Shown one piece after another: positions 53,356-63,271 of a stretch of 64,000 nucleotides of DNA. Within the stretch, counting starts at the first letter, position 1; each line of letters opens with the position of its first letter. This DNA comes from Acidimicrobiia bacterium (lineage in GTDB: Bacteria; Actinomycetota; Acidimicrobiia; IMCC26256; PALSA-610). The translations under genes and the position numbers were made by a program. The stretch is taken from contig DASXZO010000036.1 in the NCBI GenBank assembly GCA_036501845.1, positions 90,318 through 154,317 of the forward strand, in the 5' to 3' direction. Under the pieces are notes generated by a model. The model had not been told where the DNA came from. It did no database searches and saw only the letters and a program-made list of their open reading frames with translations.

Positions 53356-53880
53356 ATGCGTGTCCGTCATGTCGGTGTGATCGCGTTTCTCGTGGTGGCC
53401 GGTGCGGCCTGCGGGAGCAGTAGCTCGAAGGCAAGCAACACCACGAGCGCCGCGGCGAGCAGTTCGAACTCGACAACCGCTTCGACAAGCGCCTCGAATC
53501 CGTATGGCGGCAACCCCGCGCCCGCCACCACCGTTGCACCGGCAACCACGGCCGCACTGGTCACCGTGCACGGCGACAACCTCGTCAGCGCGAAGGGTTT
53601 CACGCTCTACGCGTTCAGCCCGGACACGGCAACCACCAGTGCGTGCGCCACGGGGTGCGACTCCGTGTGGCCGCCTGTGGCGGTCGCCGGTGCGCTTCCC
53701 ACGATGTCGGGCCTGACGTTCACCACGCTGACGCGCAGTGACGGCACGAAGCAACTCGTCGTCAACGGCCACCCGGTGTACACGTACTCCGGTGACACCA
53801 AGGCCGGCCAGGAGAACGGTCAAGGTATCGGCGGCAAGTGGTACTACGTCAGCGACGAGGGCCAGCCCGACAAGAGCTGA
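53356..53880 (+). CDS. secreted lipoprotein with Y-x-[FY]-x-x-D repeats (COG4315 / Lipoprotein_15-like)
   Basis: Track ORF of 174 aa. It has a lipobox (VVAGAAC) and a Ser/Thr/Ala linker. The repeats are LYAFSPD, VYTYSGD and WYYVSDEG. Confidence 0.75.
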   Translation: MRVRHVGVIAFLVVAGAACGSSSSKASNTTSAAASSSNSTTASTSASNPYGGNPAPATTVAPATTAALVTVHGDNLVSAKGFTLYAFSPDTATTSACATGCDSVWPPVAVAGALPTMSGLTFTTLTRSDGTKQLVVNGHPVYTYSGDTKAGQENGQGIGGKWYYVSDEGQPDKS

Positions 53881-53921
53881 CGCCCCACACAACAGATCTG
53901 AGCTCTATGAGATCTGGCGCA

Positions 53922-53966
53922 TGGGACCGCGAGCAGGAGCGCCGCCAATGCCGGCTCGCGGTCCCA
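53922..53966. terminator. hairpin between convergent genes
   Basis: GGGACCGCGAGC (53923-34) and GCTCGCGGTCCC (53954-65) form a 12-bp perfect stem with a 19-nt loop. A smaller CAGATCT/AGATCTG hairpin lies at 53893-53916. Confidence 0.45.
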
Positions 53967-53972
53967 CGACCA

Positions 53973-54380
53973 TCACATGGAGCGTGTGATCCCTGCACGT
54001 TGCAGTACGTCGGCCGACACACCGACACTGCGGAACGTGGCGTAGTTGATTCCCTTGGCTTCGGCGTACGCCTTGCCGTGCTTGACGAAGCCCTTCTCGT
54101 ACGAGCTGAGGTCGACAGCCTCGCTGAGGTTCTCGAGCTCGTATTCGAGGTCGGTGCGTTCCTGCGTGAGCAAGAGTCGTTGCAACGCCGATGCGTCGGG
54201 AAGTGAACCCTCGATAGTGGTCAAACGCTTCTTGATCGACGCGGGAGTGCGCTTGCGACCTCGCCGCGGCTTGGCCGCTTCGATGGCTTCGAGATAGTCA
54301 CGCACAGCGCGACTCTGTTCTCGACCGGCCGCGAGCGCAGCTTTGTGCGCGTCGGTCATCTTGGTGCTCTTGCGGGGCAT
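53973..54380 (-). CDS. hypothetical basic protein (135 aa)
   Basis: MPRKSTKMTDAHKAALAAGREQSRAVRDYLEAIEAAKPRRGRKRT...GINYATFRSVGVSADVLQRAGITRSM. AAGAGG lies 7 nt upstream of ATG 54380. Local GC is lower than the flanks. Confidence 0.55.
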   Translation of the reverse strand: MPRKSTKMTDAHKAALAAGREQSRAVRDYLEAIEAAKPRRGRKRTPASIKKRLTTIEGSLPDASALQRLLLTQERTDLEYELENLSEAVDLSSYEKGFVKHGKAYAEAKGINYATFRSVGVSADVLQRAGITRSM

Positions 54381-54473
54381 CGACACCTCTTTCAAGAGTG
54401 GATAGGAGTCCCCACATGGGCTACGCAGGCTAGCAACGATACGGTGATTCTCAGGCCACTCACATAGGTGCTT

Positions 54474-55424
54474 TCACTCCCCTTTCAAGCGGGCAACCAC
54501 CGGAGCGAATTCCTCGATTTTGTCGTGCGGGATGACGTGGTACGAGTAACCCCATCGGTCGCGACGCTCGTGCAGACGGTCGATGATCTCGTCCGTCGAG
54601 CCGATCAAGGTGAGTGGCGACGCGAGCACTTCGTCGGGAGTGGACGCGAACACCTGGGCGAGAGTTTCGCCAAGGTCACCAGCCCGATCGGTGACCGAGG
54701 CGACCGACAGCCAGGCATTCAACTCGATGCTATCGAAGCGATTCCCGGCCGCGTCGCGCACCCATTGCATCTTCTCGTCGATGCTCTGCGGCAAGGCGTC
54801 GTGGGCTGCGGCCGTGTCGATTTCGCCGGAATGGATCGACGCGTTCACGCCCACAATGTCGGCCTCGCGGGCCGCGAAGCGCAACAAACGGCGCGCGCCG
54901 CCACCAATGAGGAACGGCGGCCCACCGGGGTGATACGGCTTCGGCGTGCCGTCGAGATCGGTGATTCTGTAGTGCTCACCAGTGAACGTGCACGGCTCCG
55001 CGCCGAACAGCGCCCGCAGCACGCGCGTGTGCTCGATCATCCGGTCGACCCGCACTTTTGGTGCATCCATCGCGATGCCCGACCGCTCGTAGTCGAGCCG
55101 TTTCCAACCGGCGCCGAGCCCCACTTCGAGCCGGCCTTCGGAGAGCAGGTCGATGGTGGCCAGCTCGCGTGCGAGCACCGCGGGATGGCGAAAGTCGCAG
55201 TCGAGCACCAGCGCGCCGATGTGCAGCGTGCTCGTCACCACCGCGGCCGCCGTCATGGCCGCGATCGGGCCGAGACCCTCGTCGAAGTGGTCGGGAACGA
55301 ACAACGTGGAGTAGCCGAGGTCCTCGACGAGACGCGCCGAATCGGTCCATGAGCGGCCGGGAATCGGCTGCTGCATGTCGGCACCGAAACGGAACGGGTG
55401 GGTCGCCACGGTGCCGGCCTTCAC
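54474..55424 (-). CDS. LLM-class (luciferase-like) flavin/F420-dependent oxidoreductase
   Basis: (GTG)KAGTVATHPFRFGADMQQP...LGYSTLFVPDHF...GRLEVGLGAGW.... GTG 55424 overlaps the SDR stop (GTGA). Confidence 0.8.
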   Translation of the reverse strand: MKAGTVATHPFRFGADMQQPIPGRSWTDSARLVEDLGYSTLFVPDHFDEGLGPIAAMTAAAVVTSTLHIGALVLDCDFRHPAVLARELATIDLLSEGRLEVGLGAGWKRLDYERSGIAMDAPKVRVDRMIEHTRVLRALFGAEPCTFTGEHYRITDLDGTPKPYHPGGPPFLIGGGARRLLRFAAREADIVGVNASIHSGEIDTAAAHDALPQSIDEKMQWVRDAAGNRFDSIELNAWLSVASVTDRAGDLGETLAQVFASTPDEVLASPLTLIGSTDEIIDRLHERRDRWGYSYHVIPHDKIEEFAPVVARLKGE

Positions 55425-56185
55425 ACCTTGCGGGCGACGCCGCCGTCGACGCGGAGGATCGAGCCGGTGGTGTAGCTCGCCGCGTCGCTCGCGAGGTAGA
55501 GCGCCGCGCCGACGATCTCGTCGGGCTCGCCGAGCCGGCCCAGCGGCACGAACTTGCCGTCGCGCATCTCGGGCGTCCAGGCCTTGGTGATGTCGGTGGC
55601 GAACGCACCCGGCAGGATCGCGTTCACGCGCACCGTGGGCGCGAACGCCTCCGCGAGCCCGACGGTGAGGGCATTGAGCCCGGCCTTCGCGCACGCGTAC
55701 GGCAGCTCGTTCGGGCTCGCGATCAACGAGCCGATCGTGCCGACGTTGATTATCGATCCACCACCTGCCTCGCGCATGTGCGTAGCCGCAAGCGTGGCCA
55801 GACGGAACGGGCCCTTCAAATTCACCGCGAGCGTCTTGTCGTAGAGATCCTCGGTGACCGCAGCCAGGTCGGTGTAGAGCGGCGACATTCCGGCGTTGTT
55901 CACGAACACGTCGATGCGGCCGAATTGCTCGAGCGTCGTCGCAACGAGCGCGTCACACTCGTCCCACTTGCCCACGTGGCAACCCACGCCGAGCGCGCGC
56001 CGCCCCGTGGCCTCGGCAATTTCGGCGGCGAGCGCCTCGCACGCTTCAGCCTTGCGCGACGCCACCACTACGTCGGCCCCGGCTTCGGCAAAGCCGCGCA
56101 CCATCGAGCGCCCGAGGCCACGGCTGCCGCCGGTGACCACTGCCACCTTGCCCGACAGATCGAAGCGCGGCGCGGCGCTTGTCAC
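55421..56185 (-). CDS. SDR-family oxidoreductase
   Basis: (GTG)TSAAPRFDLSGKVAVVTGGSRGLGRSM...NNAG...YACAKAG. GTG 56185 overlaps the ligase stop (GTGA). Confidence 0.85.
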   Translation of the reverse strand: MTSAAPRFDLSGKVAVVTGGSRGLGRSMVRGFAEAGADVVVASRKAEACEALAAEIAEATGRRALGVGCHVGKWDECDALVATTLEQFGRIDVFVNNAGMSPLYTDLAAVTEDLYDKTLAVNLKGPFRLATLAATHMREAGGGSIINVGTIGSLIASPNELPYACAKAGLNALTVGLAEAFAPTVRVNAILPGAFATDITKAWTPEMRDGKFVPLGRLGEPDEIVGAALYLASDAASYTTGSILRVDGGVARKV

Positions 56186-57687
56186 GGTGTGTTCCGAACC
56201 TGCGCGGCGAGCTCCTCGCGCAGCACACGGCGCAAGAGCTTGCCCGTCTCGTTGTAGGGCAGCTCGGCGCGCATCTCCACGAATGCCGGCGCGCGCGACG
56301 AACGCAGATGCGTGCGCACCCATTCCTGGAGCTCGGCTTCGCTCACGTCGGCGCCCGGCTCCAGTACCACGACGGCCGCGACCACCTCGCCCCATTCGTC
56401 GTCGGGCACACCGGTGACCGCCACGTCGGACACGGCCGGATGCTGCAGTAACACGTCTTCGATCTCACCCGGCGACATGTTCTCGCCGCCGCGCACGATC
56501 ACGTCGTCGAGCCGGCCCTCCACATACAGAAAGCCTTCGACGTCGAGACGCCCACCGTCGTTCGTAGGGAACCAACCGTCGTCGGTGAGCGCGCTACGGC
56601 CGTCGTACTCGCCGGCGATCTGGTCACCGCGCACGTAGATCTCACCCGTCTCGCCGACCGCGACGAGCTTCCCGTGTGGATCGCGGATCTCGAGCTCGAG
56701 CGTTGGCAGCGGCCGCCCGACGGACCCAAGACGGGCGCGTACGTGCTCTTCGTCGCTCGCGAACGCGACGCGGTGATCGTCGGGTCCGAGCACCGCGATC
56801 GTGGAGCTCGTCTCGGTGAGGCCGTACGCGTTGACGAACCCGCAATGCGGCAGCAGATCCATCGCTCGCTCGATGACCGGCACCGGCATGCGCCCGCCGC
56901 CGTACGAGAGGTGGCGCAGCGCCGGCAGTGTGGTGCCGCGTGCGGCCATGGCGTCGAGAATGCGGCCGAGCATCGTGGGCACAACCATCGCGTGCGTGAC
57001 CGCTTCGCGTTCGGCGAGCGCCACCCACTCGTCGGCATCGAACTGCGGCACGTACACGATGCGGCGGCCCGCGTACGTGTTCGACAGGATCGTGGCCATG
57101 CCGGCGATGTGATACGGCGGCACGCTCACGAGCGTTGCCTCGTCGGGATCGGCCGCCATGAACTCCACGGTCGACAGCACGTACGACACGAGATGCCGGT
57201 GGCGCAGCAACGCGGCCTTCGGCGCGCCCGTGGTGCCACTCGTGAACAACCACACCGCCACTTGATCGGGGTCGGTGTGCGCGTCGGGCTTGGGATCGGC
57301 GTCGGCAATCGACGCCACGAAGTCGGCGCTCGTCTGCAGACCGACGAGCTCGATGCCCGACAGTCGTTCCGTGCACTCGTCGGCGCACATCACCATCGCG
57401 GGCGCGAGCCGACCGACCACTTCGCGCAGGCGATCGTCGGCCAGGCGGTAGTTCACCGGCGCGAACGGCACGCCCGCGATCGCGGCCGCGTACAGAAGTG
57501 TGGGCACGACGTGTGAGTTGACGTCGACGAGGCCGAGCCGCTCGGCGTGCGACGCGTTCACCACCGCGGCGGCGCGGCGCGCCCGGTCGAGCAAGTCGGC
57601 GTAGGTGAGTCCGCCTTCGTGCGTGCCCACCGCAACCCGATCGCCCATGGCGTCGGACGCCATCTCGAGCAGCATCACGATGTTCAC
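56182..57687 (-). CDS. AMP-dependent acyl-CoA synthetase/ligase
   Basis: Track ORF of 501 aa. The AMP-binding motif is LFTSGTTGAPKAA; YGLTET is also present. Confidence 0.9.
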   Translation of the reverse strand: MNIVMLLEMASDAMGDRVAVGTHEGGLTYADLLDRARRAAAVVNASHAERLGLVDVNSHVVPTLLYAAAIAGVPFAPVNYRLADDRLREVVGRLAPAMVMCADECTERLSGIELVGLQTSADFVASIADADPKPDAHTDPDQVAVWLFTSGTTGAPKAALLRHRHLVSYVLSTVEFMAADPDEATLVSVPPYHIAGMATILSNTYAGRRIVYVPQFDADEWVALAEREAVTHAMVVPTMLGRILDAMAARGTTLPALRHLSYGGGRMPVPVIERAMDLLPHCGFVNAYGLTETSSTIAVLGPDDHRVAFASDEEHVRARLGSVGRPLPTLELEIRDPHGKLVAVGETGEIYVRGDQIAGEYDGRSALTDDGWFPTNDGGRLDVEGFLYVEGRLDDVIVRGGENMSPGEIEDVLLQHPAVSDVAVTGVPDDEWGEVVAAVVVLEPGADVSEAELQEWVRTHLRSSRAPAFVEMRAELPYNETGKLLRRVLREELAAQVRNTP

Positions 57688-57717
57688 GGCGCGCTCCGCA
57701 ACGCTTCTCGAACGCCG

Positions 57718-57909
57718 CTAGTTCTCGAGCGACACGGCGCGCTCGGGGCAGTTCGCCGCCGCGGCCCGCGCCTGGTCCTCGAGTTCGGGCGGCACGTCGG
57801 CGCGGCTCACCACGCCACGACCGCGGTCGTCGGGTTCACACAAGTCGGGCGCGAGCACGTAGCAGCGCCCGTGCCCGGTACAGACGTCGGCGTCGATGGT
57901 GATCCGCAT
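57718..57909 (-). CDS. small ferredoxin (3Fe-4S/4Fe-4S single-cluster type)
   Basis: MRITIDADVCTGHGRCYVLAPDLCEPDD...ANCPERAVSLEN shows the C..G.G.C ... CP ligand pattern. Confidence 0.85.
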   Translation of the reverse strand: MRITIDADVCTGHGRCYVLAPDLCEPDDRGRGVVSRADVPPELEDQARAAAANCPERAVSLEN

Positions 57910-57945
57910 AGCCCGCCGACTCTACCGAGGAACCTGACGTCGCCG

Positions 57946-58260
57946 TCAGTCCGAAGACGGGAGTGGCTTGGCTTCCTTCAACCCGAGGGGCTCGCCGCCG
58001 ATCGACAACGATCCTGCACCCGGCTTGGTGACGAGCACCTCGATGCCGAGCTCCTCGTCGGCGTAGCGCTTACCGGCCTGCGTGCCGTTCGAGTGCGCCG
58101 GGTCGAGCGACGCGCCGGCCGGCGCATCGGCATCGATCGGGAGCGCGCTGTGGCCGCCGATCTCGAGCTCCACGGGGTCGGCGGGCGCGCGCACGACCAC
58201 CACTTGGGTGTCGCACACCCCGCTCTTGAATCGGTCGCCCGCCTTGAGCTGCACCGCCAT
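57946..58260 (-). CDS. hypothetical 104-aa protein upstream of the ferredoxin
   Basis: MAVQLKAGDRFKSGVCDTQVVVVRAPADPVELEIGGHSALP.... GAGGAG lies 6 nt upstream of ATG 58260. The rest of track ORF 57946..58575 looks non-coding. Confidence 0.55.
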   Translation of the reverse strand: MAVQLKAGDRFKSGVCDTQVVVVRAPADPVELEIGGHSALPIDADAPAGASLDPAHSNGTQAGKRYADEELGIEVLVTKPGAGSLSIGGEPLGLKEAKPLPSSD

Positions 58261-58390
58261 GGGTCTCCTCGCGTGGTCGGTTTGGCCGTCGCCGACATAC
58301 TCGCTCCCCACGTCGAGTTCTGTCACACTCTGGCCCAGCGTTTTCGACGGGTTTCGGGGTTTTGGGTTCGGTGGACAAGGGAGTCGGGGC

Positions 58391-60214
58391 ATGAGGATTC
58401 GGGCCAGAGTGCTCGTGGCCGCATGTGCGGCGATCGGCATGGCGAACGTGTTCGCGGCGGGCACGTCGACGGCCCACGCGGCCGTGCCGCGCACCCACAC
58501 CGGCGTGGTGCCCAACGACCCCCCGCTCACCGACGGCACCCGCTTCCACGAGAACGGCGGCAGCGCCGAGTACATCTCGTGGTTCGGTGCCTCGCTCCCC
58601 CTCTCGTCGGGCGACGCCCGCGCCTACAGCGCCGAGGGCAACAAGGCCGTCTCCACAGTCGCCGCCGGCTACGTGGCCGCCCACCCCGCCAGCGACTTCC
58701 CGGCGCACAAGGCGTTCCGCATCGTCGGTTCGCTGTCGGAGTACGTGTACGACGGCGAGGAGATCCTGCCGTTGAGCCCGGGCGACACGACGAGTTGCCT
58801 CGGCAACCTCGGGCAGTCGCGGCTCGCGATCACCCCCGAGCTCTGGGCGCGGCCGTTCCCACTCGGTCCCGCCACCACGTGCGACAAGCCCAAGGCGCTC
58901 GGACCGTTCTCGCTCGTGCAGACCTACTCGCCGCCCGAGGACCCGCTCGGGCTGTTCGACGCAGCGGCGGCGCACCCGGCCGAAGCGAGACCATTCGACA
59001 CGTCGCTCAACATTGACGAGGAGGCGTTCGAAATAGGCAGCACGCTGGTCGGCGACTTCAACGGCGACGGTCGCGCCGATCAGCTCATTTACGGCGAGGG
59101 CGACGGTCCCGACGCGATCTGGTACGGCACGGCCAACGCCTTCGAGCTCGGTCCGGCCATCACCGTGAACGGTGACTACGAACCGGTGGTCGGCGACTTC
59201 AACGGCGACGGCCGCGCCGATGTGCTGTGGTACGCCCCGGACGGCTCGGTCGGTGGCTTCTCGTCGAGTGTGTGGTACGGGCGTCCCGGGAACGCCGGCT
59301 TCCTCGGCGGCCCGACGATCCCGACACCGCCGCAGTCGACCATCTCGATCGAGCCGCCGTTCCACATCGAGATCACGCAGTACCTACCGCTGGTCGGCGA
59401 CTTCAACGGTGACGGCCGCGCCGATGTGTACTTCTCGTTGCTCGAGACGACGCAACAGTCGCGTCCACCAAACGTCGTGTGGTACGGCAAAGTGACCGGA
59501 TTCAATGTCGGCACCAAGTCGACGGCGCCGTTCGTCGACGATTCGAGCCCGTTCCCGCTCGAACGCAATCGGCTCGAACGTGTTGCGCAGTTCGCGCGCA
59601 ACAAGTTGGCAGTGACGCCGTCCCATCCGACGCGCATCTACCTCATCGAACCGCCATCCATCGGCGACTTCAACGGCGACGGCAAGGACGACCTTCTCTG
59701 GTATGCGCCCGGCCACACGAAGCTCTGGCACGGTGCGGGGCCTGCGGCCGGCTTCACCAACGCCACCGTTGCGACCGTGTATGGCGCGTACGAACCCGTC
59801 GTTGGTGACTTTGACGGCGACGGCAGCGCCGACATCTTCTGGTACGCGCCAGGTCCGGGTGGCGACGCGCTTTGGCGCGGTACGGGGTCAGGCTTCGTGC
59901 ACGGTGCCGCCGTCAGTGTCAGCGGCGAGTACTTCCCGGTCGCTGCCGACTACAACGGCGACGGCAAAACGGACATCTTCTGGTACGACGGCGAAACCGG
60001 GCACCACCACACCTGGTTCGGCCGCGCATCGGGCTTCACCCACGCCGCCGACAGCGTCACAGCTGCCGACTCGGAAGACGACTTCGTGCTCCCGACCGCC
60101 GCCGATTTCAACGGCGACGGGCATGCCGATCTGCTGCTCTATCGGGATCACCTCGTCGAGACACCGAACACGTTCTCGGACAGTGTCACCGAGACGCTTT
60201 GGCACGCGCACTGA
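58391..60214 (+). CDS. secreted FG-GAP/VCBS-repeat beta-propeller protein
   Basis: Signal peptide MRIRARVLVAACAAIGMANVFAAGTSTAHA. About 7 repeats match GDFNGDG(R/K/S/H)AD..(W)Y. This is the C-terminal 607 aa of track ORF 58082..60214. Confidence 0.85.
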   Translation: MRIRARVLVAACAAIGMANVFAAGTSTAHAAVPRTHTGVVPNDPPLTDGTRFHENGGSAEYISWFGASLPLSSGDARAYSAEGNKAVSTVAAGYVAAHPASDFPAHKAFRIVGSLSEYVYDGEEILPLSPGDTTSCLGNLGQSRLAITPELWARPFPLGPATTCDKPKALGPFSLVQTYSPPEDPLGLFDAAAAHPAEARPFDTSLNIDEEAFEIGSTLVGDFNGDGRADQLIYGEGDGPDAIWYGTANAFELGPAITVNGDYEPVVGDFNGDGRADVLWYAPDGSVGGFSSSVWYGRPGNAGFLGGPTIPTPPQSTISIEPPFHIEITQYLPLVGDFNGDGRADVYFSLLETTQQSRPPNVVWYGKVTGFNVGTKSTAPFVDDSSPFPLERNRLERVAQFARNKLAVTPSHPTRIYLIEPPSIGDFNGDGKDDLLWYAPGHTKLWHGAGPAAGFTNATVATVYGAYEPVVGDFDGDGSADIFWYAPGPGGDALWRGTGSGFVHGAAVSVSGEYFPVAADYNGDGKTDIFWYDGETGHHHTWFGRASGFTHAADSVTAADSEDDFVLPTAADFNGDGHADLLLYRDHLVETPNTFSDSVTETLWHAH

Positions 60215-60236
60215 CGGGGCCGCCAGACTGGCGGGC

Positions 60237-60629
60237 ATGACCGACGCCCGCACACCAACCGACACGGTCCGCGACTTCTGCGCGGCATGGACGCGCCTCG
60301 ACATCGACGAGTTGCTCGGTTACTTCACGCCCGACGCGGTGTACCACAACATCCCGGTGGATCCGGTGGTGGGTGTCGACGCGATCCGAGCGATGATGTC
60401 GATGTTCACCACGGGCGTCGAGCGAATCGAGTTTCGCGTCAAGAACCTTGCCACTACAGGCAACGTGGTGATGACCGAACGCGTCGACGTGTTCGTGCAA
60501 CCCGACCGCACGATCGAGTTGCCGGTGATGGGCACGTTCGAAGTGGTCGACGGCAAGATCGCGGCGTGGCGCGACTACTTCGACCTCAATCAGTACATGA
60601 CCCAAGCAGGACTCGCGGGCGCGGGCTGA
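60237..60629 (+). CDS. SnoaL-like / limonene-1,2-epoxide hydrolase family protein
   Basis: MTDARTPTDTVRDFCAAWTRLDIDELLGYFTPDAVYHNIP...GKIAAWRDYFD. This is the C-terminal part of track ORF 59703..60629. Confidence 0.75.
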   Translation: MTDARTPTDTVRDFCAAWTRLDIDELLGYFTPDAVYHNIPVDPVVGVDAIRAMMSMFTTGVERIEFRVKNLATTGNVVMTERVDVFVQPDRTIELPVMGTFEVVDGKIAAWRDYFDLNQYMTQAGLAGAG

Positions 60630-60638
60630 CAACGCGGC

Positions 60639-60684
60639 TTCTGGGTGCAGTCACCCCGCCAGAGCGGGGCTGCTGCACCCAGAA
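60639..60684. repeat. 46-nt palindromic intergenic repeat, copy C (best palindrome)
   Basis: TTCTGGGTGCAGTCACCCCGCCAGAGCGGGGCTGCTGCACCCAGAA. The outer 12-bp arms are perfectly complementary. The inner stem is CCCCGC/GCGGGG. It lies between convergent genes. Confidence 0.85.
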
Positions 60685-60711
60685 GCATGTAAAAGGGCCT
60701 GCAACGACTGC

Positions 60712-62765
<2,054 letters not shown>

Positions 62766-62879
62766 GGACCCTCCCCTGCATGCCCCGACCGATCGCGGTC
62801 GTGTGCGTTCGTTGCAAGGTAAGAGTCATGTGTTTCGGGCGCGAGCCCACTATGTGAACGGCGCGTTACGCGACCGCTC

Positions 62880-62915
62880 AGCAGGCCGTCATGCTGAGCG
62901 GTCGCGATGCGCTTC
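62880..62915. terminator. 14-bp perfect hairpin downstream of the second glnK
   Basis: GCGACCGCTCAGCA (62880-93), loop ggccgtca, then TGCTGAGCGGTCGC (62902-15). No U-tract follows. It lies between the glnK-2 stop and the amt-1 upstream region. Confidence 0.5.
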
Positions 62916-62929
62916 ACGGGCTGATCAGG

Positions 62930-63271
62930 TCACAAGGCGTCACCGTCGCGCTCGCCGGTGCGGATGCGCATGACCCGGGCCAGATCGACGGCCCAGATCT
63001 TGCCGTCGCCGATCTTTCCGGTGCGGGCGTGCGCAGCGATGATGTCGATCACCTTGTCGGCGTCGCCGGTCTCACAGAGCACCTCGATCTTCACCTTCGG
63101 GACGAAATCGACCTTGTACTCGGTGCCGCGCCACGTCTCGCTCTTGCCGCCTTGGCGGCCGTAGCCCTGCACCTCCGAGACCGTGAGCCCGAGGATGCCG
63201 GCGCCTCGAAGTGCCTCTTTCACCTCCTCGAGCTTGAACGGCTTGATGATCCCAGTCACTAAGTACGCCAT
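62930..63271 (-). CDS. glnK: P-II nitrogen regulatory protein (second copy)
   Basis: [52 protein letters not shown].... Its ATG shares one base with the upstream amt stop (TGATG). Confidence 0.9.
   Translation of the reverse strand: MAYLVTGIIKPFKLEEVKEALRGAGILGLTVSEVQGYGRQGGKSETWRGTEYKVDFVPKVKIEVLCETGDADKVIDIIAAHARTGKIGDGKIWAVDLARVMRIRTGERDGDAL

Noticed and set aside
58900-60200. Regularly spaced repeats at the DNA level, considered as a CRISPR-like array.
   Set aside because: The periodicity comes from protein-coding FG-GAP repeats (GDFNGDGRAD) inside one long ORF. The repeats are imperfect and the spacing is irregular.
62766-62879. A GlnR-type operator upstream of amt-1 (looked for GTnAC-n6-GAAAC pairs).
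   Set aside because: Only isolated GTTCAC and GAAAC words are present, at the wrong spacing (about 17 nt). That is not enough to call a binding site by eye.
62930-63271. Apparent loss of the modifiable T-loop tyrosine in the second P-II (ETWRGTEY).
   Set aside because: After accounting for the one-residue N-terminal offset, the Trp replaces the Tyr46 equivalent. The Tyr51 equivalent (..RGTEY) is retained, so there is no anomaly.
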